Below are positions 13,836 to 23,264 of a DNA stretch of 64,000 nt, piece by piece (within the stretch, counting starts at the first letter, position 1; each line of letters opens with the position of its first letter). Both the position numbers and the translations under genes were made by a program. Source of the stretch: Neoconidiobolus thromboides FSU 785 (Eukaryota; Fungi; Entomophthoromycota). The stretch covers positions 42,135-106,134 of the forward strand of contig MU626323.1 of assembly GCA_025603075.1 (NCBI GenBank), written 5' to 3'. The notes under the pieces were generated by a model, which made no database searches, was not told the DNA's origin, and worked only from the letters and a program-made list of their open reading frames with translations.

Positions 13836-14882
13836 ATGAAAGCTTTATTACTATTTTTATTTATTACTGCTTTTATTGTTCAATGTTATTCAACAAATAT
13901 CATAAAGGATAATAATTTGGAAGCAGGAAACGAAGATGTCATAAACAGCAAGAAATATCCAGTAGAAAACAATGGTCGCTTAACAAAAAGAGCTGTGGCA
14001 AGTGAAGATTATCAATTGCCTCAAAGTTTTAAATATTCAGATACAATTAGACCCTTGAACAGATATGTCAATACCACAAGGATGGAAGCGTTTTTAACTC
14101 AATTTTCATCTTTTCATACTCGTTTTTATAAATCAAAGTGGGGACCAGAAGCTTCAGATTGGCTATATGTTACTTTAAATAGCACTATTCATAAATCAAA
14201 TTATAAAGGTAAGGTAAGACTAATCAAGTACCATCATATCTTTAAGCAGAATAGTATTATTGTAAAACTATATGGTAGTAAACCTGAATTGAAAAAACAA
14301 CTAGTAATCGTTGGAGCACATATGGATTCTATAAACAATAGTGATCCTTTAAATGGTGAAGCTCCTGGTGTAGATGATGACGGTACCGGTACTGCTTGCT
14401 TACTAGAATCTTTATTTATATTACTAAATAATAACGTATTACCTCAACGTACTATTGAATTCCATTTTTATGCAGCTGAAGAAGCTGGGTTATTAGGTTC
14501 TTTTTATATTGCTACCGATTATGCTTCAAAGAAAAAACAAGTGGTTGCTATGACACAATTTGATATGACAGGTTATCTTTCAGATAAAAAGCAAATTGGT
14601 TTGATAACGGATTACACAGATAACGATGTAACACAGCTATTGGCTAACCTAATTCGAAATTATACAGAATATGACTATAAACTCATTAAATGCGGTTATC
14701 CTTGTTCAGACCATGCTACATGGAACTATATGGGTTATCGTACAGGATTTCCTATTGAAGAAGATGAATTTAACCCTTTTTACCATACTGAAAATGATAA
14801 CCTAAAAGGGATTAATCTTAATCACGTAAAAGAATATACAAAACTAGCCATTTCCTTTTTAATTGAAGTAGCCAAAATCTAA
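13836..14882 (+). CDS. Secreted M28 leucine aminopeptidase (copy 1), intronless
   Basis: Signal peptide plus Zn-ligand motifs GAHMDS, GVDDDGTG, AAEEAGLLGS, QFDMTG and CGYPCSDH. Confidence 0.92.
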   Translation: MKALLLFLFITAFIVQCYSTNIIKDNNLEAGNEDVINSKKYPVENNGRLTKRAVASEDYQLPQSFKYSDTIRPLNRYVNTTRMEAFLTQFSSFHTRFYKSKWGPEASDWLYVTLNSTIHKSNYKGKVRLIKYHHIFKQNSIIVKLYGSKPELKKQLVIVGAHMDSINNSDPLNGEAPGVDDDGTGTACLLESLFILLNNNVLPQRTIEFHFYAAEEAGLLGSFYIATDYASKKKQVVAMTQFDMTGYLSDKKQIGLITDYTDNDVTQLLANLIRNYTEYDYKLIKCGYPCSDHATWNYMGYRTGFPIEEDEFNPFYHTENDNLKGINLNHVKEYTKLAISFLIEVAKI

Positions 14883-15009
14883 ATAAACAATATCAAAACT
14901 TTATTTAAATCTTAAAGCAATTTATTTATTTATTTTTTTATATAAAGAAACGTTATGAGAAGGTGTTAGTATTCCTTACATGTTACAGTTTCAGACAAAG
15001 TTGGTTAGC

Positions 15010-15104
15010 TTATTTGTATTCAACAGCAACGACCTTACCCAACATGACAGCGGTGTTACCATCAAGGAAGGCAATACGAGAAAGACCTTCACAGTTCTTG
15101 AAGG
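15010..15104 (-). CDS. EFL: 3' end of a second EFL copy, cut by the assembly gap
   Basis: 95 nt identical to 27767-27861 (FKNCEGLSRIAFLDGNTAVMLGKVVAVEYK*). The sequences diverge immediately after the stop codon. Confidence 0.85.
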
Positions 15105-15204
15105 NNNNNNNNNNNNNNNNNNNNNNNNNNNNNNNNNNNNNNNNNNNNNNNNNNNNNNNNNNNNNNNNNNNNNNNNNNNNNNNNNNNNNNNNNNNNNNNN
15201 NNNN
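15105..15204. other. Assembly gap (100 N)
   Basis: Run of exactly 100 N, a conventional unknown-size gap placeholder. Confidence 0.99.
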
Positions 15205-15262
15205 AACCCTAACCCTAACCCTAACCCTAACCCTAACCCTAACCCTAACCCTAACCCTAACC
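15205..15262 (+). repeat. Telomeric repeat (CCCTAA)n / TTAGGG type
   Basis: Nine perfect AACCCT units plus AACC directly after the gap. The C-rich strand on + is the orientation expected at a left chromosome end. Confidence 0.92.
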
Positions 15263-15308
15263 ATGAAACATTAAAAACTCCAATTGGAAACATAAGGCAC
15301 AACTATAT

Positions 15309-15404
15309 CAGTATGTTTTTTTGATTTTATTACTTTTCATATTTTTAAGCACTATTCAAGTGGAAACATTGTTGATAAAATTTTAAGCAAAAAAATATAT
15401 CTAT
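15309..15404 (-). mobile_element. Degenerate MITE copy (reverse)
   Basis: Internal match TTTTTTGATTTTATTACTTTTCATATTTTTAAGCACTATTCAAGTGGAAA; termini eroded. Confidence 0.6.
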
Positions 15405-15668
15405 GTATGCTTTCAAAACTATTGAAGTTTTTTTAATAAAAAATATTAACAAATATCATTAAAATTATTTTATTTTGTAAGCTCCTAAAATTTTCTATAT
15501 TTATATTGTTATTTTTAAAATGTTTCTTTTGTTTCATCGTTTTTTTATTAAATATTATTTAAGTAAAAAATATACTTTTGCTTATTTAAAAACTAATATT
15601 AATAATAGTTTTAAATTAGTATATAACGTTAATTACAAAACTTGATACTTAAAGCTTAGTTACTTCAT

Positions 15669-15722
15669 GGAGATGTATTTTTGTGTTTAAGAATTTTACT
15701 AACAAATTTTCTGCTTAAACAG
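15669..15722 (+). mobile_element. MITE 5' half, interrupted by a solo-LTR-like element
   Basis: GGAGATGTATTTTTGTGTTTAAGAATTTTACTAACAAATTTTCTGCTTAAACAG is followed directly by TGTGAAAT. Confidence 0.8.
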
Positions 15723-16187
15723 TGTGAAATCTAGTACTTAGTGTTTGGAGTCAAGAACAGCTATTACTGGGTTGACTACACTATAAGTTTAAAGGTCTTA
15801 ATTTATATGACTAAGATAGACTTGGATTACGAAGGTTGGTGTGTAATAAGCTACGGGCTATGTAAGACAAATAGAATAGACAATACTAATGCAAAATCTA
15901 TATAAATTACTACTAAGAAAACTTAGTGACTTTGTTAAATGTTTGGAGATATCAAGGAATAATTCAGTTAAAAAGCCTTGAGTTACTATACTCTAAAATC
16001 TCTTTTATACTCTGAAAAGTATAAATACCAAAATAAGAAGATAATATTCTTTGGGATGAAGCTAAAAATTTTCATAGCAGATCAAACTAAGAACGTGGGA
16101 TTGATTTTCTCTAAAATCGAGAACACAACAGCTTAGGCGATTGTTATGCTATAATTAACCATGGGACTGACAAAGTGATATTTCATA
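15723..16187 (+). mobile_element. Solo-LTR-like element, 465 bp (copy A)
   Basis: Starts TGTGAAAT and ends ATTTCATA (inverted-repeat partner ATTTCACA with C>T). It aligns end to end with the reverse complement of 46170-46739. Confidence 0.75.
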
Positions 16188-16189
16188 AT

Positions 16190-16284
16190 GGCGATGTTTT
16201 AGCTTCATCACTTTTTGCATCTTTTGAGCACTATTTGAGTGGAAAAATCGTTAGTAAGATTCTTAAACACAAAAATATATTGCC
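16190..16284 (-). mobile_element. Degenerate MITE copy (reverse)
   Basis: TTTTAGCTTCATCACTTTTTGCATCTTTTGAGCACTATTTGAGTGGAAAA...TTCTTAAACACAAAAATA matches the family interior. Confidence 0.7.
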
Positions 16285-16649
16285 ATATAATTAAATTAGA
16301 AATTAATCTAAATTAAATAAACTCAATTAAATAATAAAAGAGTTTATTTTAAAATTAATACAATTATAAAATATTAAATGAAAGACATTATTTTATTAAA
16401 ACAAATACAATAATCAAATAATGCTTTTAATAAATAGTTATATGATCAATTAATAAAATTTATAAATGTTATATTGTTTTGATTAGGTATAAGTTTTACT
16501 TAATTACTTTAAATTTAATTAATATTTTTAAATTTAAAATTTAGGTATGTATTTTTTATTTTTATCATTGCTGTGCATAAATATAATATAATAGCTAGTT
16601 ATTATAATAGTTTTACTACTAAAACCCCCCAAATTAATTTTTATGATAT

Positions 16650-16748
16650 AAGGATGTATTTTTGTGTTTAGGAATTTTAATAACAACCTTTCTACTTAAA
16701 TAGCGCTTAAAAAATGGAGAAGTAATGAAATCAAAAAAAAACATCCCC
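16650..16748 (+). mobile_element. MITE copy, TSD ATAT/ATAT
   Basis: AAGGATGTATTTTTG (GG>AA) ... AAAACATCCCC, flanked by ATAT on both sides. Confidence 0.8.
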
Positions 16749-16864
16749 ATATATTTTACAAAATAGGGCCTTAACTTAATTTTAGTTTATTATACCATAG
16801 TTTTTAATACTTTTAGTAAAAAACCAGGTAATTATTTGATATCAATATACTATTTATAATATAT

Positions 16865-16963
16865 GAGAGTGTTTTTTTTGACTTCATTATTTTTTCCATT
16901 TTTTAAGCGCCATTTAAGCGGAAAATTTGTTGCTAAAATTCTTAAACACAAAAATACATCCCC
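16865..16963 (-). mobile_element. MITE copy (reverse), TSD ATAT/ATAT
   Basis: GAGAGTGTTTTTTTTG...AAAAATACATCCCC, flanked by ATAT. Confidence 0.85.
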
Positions 16964-17158
16964 ATATACTAAATTTTAATTGGCATAACTTTTATGTTAT
17001 TAGCCACTTAGATAACTTAAATCAATTTAAACTTAATGTTTCATTATGTATAATTTTGATTTTTTGCAGATTTTATTAAACAAATGCCAAAGCAGCTTGG
17101 TTAGATGCTTTTTGTTATTTTAAAACTTGTAATCGATTTTTTCTAATATAATTTATCT

Positions 17159-17252
17159 GGGGCTGTATTTTTTTGTTTAAGAATTACTAACAGTCTTTCC
17201 GCTCAAATAGGGCTTAAAAAATGCAGAAAATAATGAAACCAAAAAACATCCC
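17159..17252 (+). mobile_element. MITE copy, TSD ATCT/ATCT
   Basis: ATCT-GGGGCTGTATTTTT...AAAAAACATCCC-ATCT. Confidence 0.85.
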
Positions 17253-17822
17253 ATCTCTTAATTTAATAACATATTAATGGTTGTTTTTCATTAACTAATA
17301 ATTTTCTTTAATTTTACGCTACATAAAAACGGACAAAAGACAAAAAAACACCATCATATGAATTTTACAAATTAAACCTATAAATTGATTTTCCTTAATT
17401 TTAAGTAAATTTACAGACTTATTAATATATAAGATGGTCTATGATGATTCACTTTAAATATATTTTCTAATTTAAATTAGGTTTTTTCCAATCTGATTTT
17501 TTTCATCAAACCTTATAATATGTAGTCCACGTATGGTTTTTAATACAAAATTTTATAATAATACCCAGTGCTTCCCTTGTCTAGAGACAATTGGAATAAT
17601 ATGCTTAAATATAATGTTTGAAAGTAATGCACGTTTCTATAATGAATATATTAAAAGTAGTGTTGTTTTTTTATTTACCGATACCATAAATTAAAAAATC
17701 AAAGTTGAAGCAAAAATTTAACGTGCAATTCAATGCTATTTATTTAATATTATATAATATAAAAGTTTATTAACAGTATTGTTGAAAGTTTCGCTCGTTT
17801 TAGTAATCTAACATTTAGTAAT

Positions 17823-19002
17823 TTATTCCCAAATTCTCCTCCTTCTCGGAGGTGAGTTTGGTTTTTCAATAGCTTCCTCTAGTTGTGGCGTCACATCAAG
17901 TTTACTTGAATTGTATTCTGGTTCGACTATTGGAGGTTCTATATCATGTCTACTTAAATTATCTTCTGGTTCAATAGTTGGAGGTGTGGCTTTATTAGGT
18001 AATGGTGGGGCAACCCAAGTCCTACTTTGGTTGGTTGCAGGAAGGAATTCAAACAGTTGAGTTTTATAGTTTTTACACTTTTCCGAATTTGGTAAAGATT
18101 GTATCATATAAGCAATAGTAGGGTGAGCTAATCCATAAAATTCTGGACCGGAGCCTGAGTTTGTAACAGTTAAGTTCCGTACTTTTGTTGCTTCTTTGAT
18201 AACTTGAGCCCAAGCTCCAGAGGATGTATCGCTAACAAATTTTTTGGGGTTATCATCACCAACTACTTGAAAAATTGGGCCAGTACCATTATCTTCAATA
18301 CTTGCAGTATAGCATGCTTGAGCATGAGGGTTTACTGTGCTCCTGTAGTAACGCATAATTTTCAATCCAATAGGATAAATATACCTAGGAGAATGGAATG
18401 TCTCTCTGTTATAATCCACAGTTCCAAGATCCAAAATAGTATAAATTCCAACTTTACATGGCAAAATAATGTTTCCGTCGTCATCTCTTGGTATATGCAT
18501 TACCTTTCTAGGTCCTTCTCTATCTTGCCTTGATTTCTTTTTTGCTTTGGTGGTATTTCCTTTATTCCCTGGCTCAGAACCTTTTTCATTCTTTTTATTT
18601 GATACACTCTTACTCTTGGTATTATTATTTAAAGTCCCTGAATTTTGATATCGTTTAATCATTTCTGGGTCGTGAATTTCTGAGTTATCTTCTTCAGAAG
18701 TGGGTTCTAAATCCATTTGTTTCTCAGCCAACCTATTTAAAGATTTTCTATAGAATAATTAGTAACCATAAAATCAAATATATGTCAACTAACCTTTGAA
18801 TATTCCTAAGCCGCTTTATCTCTTTTTCTGCTTGGCGCAATTCTTCTAAAGCATTCTCATTTTTCTTTACAAAATGTTACTTAAAAATGTATATATGTAT
18901 AATTTAGATTACCTTCTCTAATGCTTTTAATTTATACTTAGCATTCTTATATTTATCTTTTATACTGATAGCTGGATCATCGTGCGAACTTTGACCTTGC
19001 AT
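17823..19002 (-). CDS. FYRN/FYRC domain protein, TBRG1-like (3 exons)
   Basis: N-terminal coiled coil (KYKNAKYKLKALEK/ENENALEELRQAEKEIKRLRNIQ) and FYR motifs GIYTILDLGTV, FHSPRYIYPIG, SSGAWAQVI, SGPEFYGLAHPTIAYMIQSLPNSEKCKNY. Confidence 0.8.
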
Positions 19003-19694
19003 TTTAGATTTTAAATTTCTCGAGTAATTGTTTTGAATCATTAAATTTAACAAGGAATTATCAAATAAATGAAGTGAAGATATTTTCAACTTACTGAATT
19101 TAACCTATAAATAGGCTATTAAACTTACTCTAGTTTAGTCCAATCAAAATGTAAGTGTTCACATAATTTTAAAGGTAAACACAAAAACTACGATTATTCC
19201 CTTATATAGCATTTATCTTTATATTATTGCTTTATTCTTTGTTCTTTATACTTTATGATAATGCAAAAATAAAAATTACAAAAAACTATATTTAAATATA
19301 AAATAGTTTAATTACATATTATTATTTAAATTAGTTTATTATAATTAATAATAAACTAATATACTTTAGCTATAAGTTGTGTACAATTTATATGATTTTT
19401 CGAAATTATTCAAATTACTTAAACGAACAGTATAATCCTAATGATATTTTTATTCTTTTGATTTGTAAACTATTTGGATATTTAATTTTCAATAAGGATT
19501 ATTGCCCAAAATTTGTTTAATTTTCAACAGAAAAGTTGAAATTTAGAAGTTATTGGATTAATTTAAAACAGCCATATGGCGGTAATAAAGATCAAATAGA
19601 TTAGTATAAATTATAAGCATTAAGTATAACTATTTTGTAATCTATTTGATACTTTTTTGAATAATTTCATATTACTTTTATTTTTAATATTTTA

Positions 19695-22204
19695 ATGACA
19701 ACAAACTCTAAACTGATAGATGGGTGGAATTGGTGGAGAACTATTTTAGGAAACTATAAAGTAGTCACCTCCGGAACTATAATTGCGATTGTCATTCATA
19801 ACTTAGTAGTATGGAAAAGAATTCAAGCATATAGAAAGAAGAAGGATATAGTAGGACCAACAACTTCAAAATGTATACCAGAGGATGAGCTAAACAGTCA
19901 CGCTAAAAATTTCCCAGCACGTAATTCCAAAGTAGCAGTAAATAGCCAATTTTTTGCTCAAATTAAGTCCATTTTTAAAATATTAATACCTCCTGATACA
20001 ATATTAAAGGATAGAACCATCCTTACTTTAGTATTACATACTATCTTTTTACTTCTTCGTACATATTTGTCATTAGTGGTTGCTAGAGTTGATGGTAGAA
20101 TTGTAAGAGATTTAGTAAACAAAGATGCAAAAAAGTTTTTTAGATCTATTGGTCTTTGGTTCGCAGTTGCAGTGCCTGCTACTTATACCAATAGTATGAT
20201 TAAATATCTGCAATCTAAGCTCACTATAAGCTTTAGAACAAAACTTGTGGATTATTGCCATTCTCTTTATCTTGGAAATGATATGACATTTTATAAACTA
20301 TTAAATCTAGATCGAAGAGTAGAAGGTCCAGATCAATACATTACGTCTGATATCTCAAGATTTTCTGAATCCTTATCAGGGCTTTATTCAAACCTTGGTA
20401 AACCAACTTTAGACTTAATAATTTTTAATTATCAATTATCTAAAAATATTGGACTTGGCGGTACATTTGCTATGATGTTGATATACACTGCTACAGTATC
20501 ATTTTTACGTAAAATTTCTCCCCCATTCGGAAAATTAGTTGCTCAACAGACACAGCTAGAGGTACGTAAAATCTTTTTTAAACATAATTTGTTAATATTT
20601 TAATTAAGGGCGAATTCCGCGGTGCTCATTCTAGGTTAATTACTAATGCTGAAGAAGTAGCATTTTATCATGGCGGAAGTTTAGAAAAAACAATTTTAGA
20701 CAAATCTTACTTGAATCTTATCAAACACATTAATTCTATATTTAGAGCAAGAATTAACTATAACATGCTAGAAGATTTTGTAATTAAGTACTGTTGGTCT
20801 GCTGTAGGATTAGTTTTGTGTGCTGTCCCTGTATTTAAACCACACTGGTTACCTGAATCCCACCCAACAAAATCAAGCAGTAGTGCTAAAGCAGCATCAA
20901 GGACCCAAGACTTTATTACAAATAAGAGGTAGTTTATTATATTTTATTCTTATGATATTAATATTAATGTTAATAATTAAATCTATAGATTAATGATGTC
21001 ATTAGGAGATGCTGGTGGTAGAATTATGTATTCTTATAAGGAATTAGCAGAATTAGCAGGGTATACTCATCGTGTATATACCTTAATTTCAACTTTACAT
21101 TTACTACGTAATAATAAATACGATTCAAGTACTGCTACAATAACTAAAGATGAGCTTTTGGATGAACTTTTTACTTTGGACAATATTAAAGGACAAAGAG
21201 TAGTAGGCGAAAACGGTGTATGCTTTGAGCATGTACCTATTGTTACCCCAAATCCTGGTAATCCAAATGGCGGAGATATTTTAGTAAAAGACCTTAATCT
21301 AAATGTTAAGCCTGGAGAACACTTATTAATTACTGGCCCAAATGGAGTAGGAAAAACTGCAATAGCAAGAGTACTTGCTGGTTTATGGCCAGTATTCAGT
21401 AATTTAATAACTTATTATAATTTTAATTACTTAACTAGCTTTTTTAGGTGGACAAATTAAATGTCCTGAACAAGATGATGTTTTTTTTGTTCCTCAAAAA
21501 CCATACCTCTCCTTAGGAAATTTAAGAGAACAGTAATTTTAATTTTTTAGAATTACAGAGTTATTAATAATATATTAGAATAATTTATCCACATACTCAA
21601 GAAGACATGCAACGACTTAATGTAACTGACGACGATTTATTGAAAATTTTAAAAGAAGTTCATCTTGAACATATTCCTGAAAGAGAAGGCGGCTTCGATA
21701 CAATTAAAGAATGGAAGGATGTATTTTCAGGAGGAGAAAAACAAAGAGTATATATTTTACTTTATTTTATTTAAAATATTTAAAATATAAAATAGTTAGG
21801 AATGTCACGTTTATTTTACCATAAGGCTAAATTTGCGATTTTAGACGAATGTATAACTTTTAGGATTATAATATTTATTATCTAACTTTAATTTAGGTAC
21901 AAGTGCAGTTAGTTCCGATGTTGAGGGTTTAATGTATAACTATGCTAAAGAAACAGGAATAACTTTAATTACAATTTCACATCGACCATCTCTTCTTAAA
22001 TATCATAATCATTTACTTAAATTGGAAGGAGGTAATAAAGGTAAATATGAATTATCGTCTATTGGTTCTGATGAATTACGTCATACCACTATTTCAAAAG
22101 AAATCATAGAAATTAAAGAGAAACTAAAGAATAAGGATAAATGGCAAAAGCGATTAGATAAGGTAAATGCTGAATTGAAAAATGTTTCAAAGCCTGAACT
22201 TTAA
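19695..22204 (+). CDS. PXA1: Peroxisomal ABCD half-transporter, Pxa1-like (multi-exon; start may lie near 19576)
   Basis: [23 protein letters not shown]-like [23 protein letters not shown], Walker A GPNGVGKT, signature [19 protein letters not shown] and ITISHR. Confidence 0.88.
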
Positions 22205-22262
22205 ATCAAATAAATATAAGATTAGTTTATTAATAATACTTAGAAATTAATAAAAGTGAGTT

Positions 22263-22928
22263 TCATTCTTTTGAATCATATTCAGATAAAATAGTTAATT
22301 GTTGTAATTTCCTATATTTATTGTTTCTCATTCTTTGATTTGCAAACCAAATTTCAATTTGTTTAAGTTTTAAACCTGTGATTGTTGATAAAGTTGTTTT
22401 TTGTTTTTCACTTGGATGAGCATTAACTTCAAATTGATTCATTAATATTGTTTTAATTTCTTTAGAAAATCTTATACATGACCTTTTATTTTTATTATTG
22501 TTATCAATAAAAGAATCAATAATATTAATAAATAATTGATTATTATCAATGTGTTTAAATGGGATCACTTTAGAATACTCTTTAAATCTGTTGTTTAATA
22601 GGCTAATATATTCATTTTTTAACTTTAAAAAAGGAGATTGTATATTATTGTTGACAGTATCTCTTTGATTTACTTTAATAATGTAACCTTCATTAACGTT
22701 TATATTATTCATTAAATTACTATTATCATTTTCATCTTCAAACTCATCATAATTTTTGATTAAAAGTTGAGATAAAAATTTCAACTGTTCAATATTAAAT
22801 CTATCATTTGTAGCTGCTAATTCATTATTGGAACCTAATGAAACACATGGTTCTTTTTCTTTAATAGTGAAATTAATAATAGAATTCGATTCTTTTGAGC
22901 TACCTGCATTAAAATTTGATTGTGACAT
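22263..22928 (-). CDS. Homeodomain transcription factor (non-TALE, C-terminal homeodomain), intronless
   Basis: RFSKEIKTILMNQFEVNAHPSEKQKTTLSTITGLKLKQIEIWFANQRMR has L16, F20, P26 and WFxNxR at canonical spacing with no TALE insertion. Confidence 0.85.
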   Translation of the reverse strand: MSQSNFNAGSSKESNSIINFTIKEKEPCVSLGSNNELAATNDRFNIEQLKFLSQLLIKNYDEFEDENDNSNLMNNINVNEGYIIKVNQRDTVNNNIQSPFLKLKNEYISLLNNRFKEYSKVIPFKHIDNNQLFINIIDSFIDNNNKNKRSCIRFSKEIKTILMNQFEVNAHPSEKQKTTLSTITGLKLKQIEIWFANQRMRNNKYRKLQQLTILSEYDSKE

Positions 22929-23264
22929 TTAATTTTAATAATTTAATTTGATATTTTTTGATATTTTAACTTAATTTTGTGAGTATAAATAATAAATATT
23001 ACTATTATTCCCTTAAATGGTTTATCATTATTACCATTTTAAATTTTAAATTTTAATACAAAAACAATACAAAGCAAACAAACGAATTATTAATTATTAA
23101 CAATTAAAATTAAATAAATTGATTTTCTTTATTATCATATTATGCCATGTTATATCCTGATTAGAATAAAATTAATGCAAGGAAAAGAAAAGAATATACA
23201 AACAATAATTGTAAATGAAATAAAAATCATAATTTAATAGCAGTTTAGATTTAATATCAGCTTA

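Noticed and set aside
15205-15264. ORFs reading NPNPNP, TLTLTL, RVRVRV and LGLGLG
   Set aside because: These are translations of the telomere array read through the N gap, not proteins.
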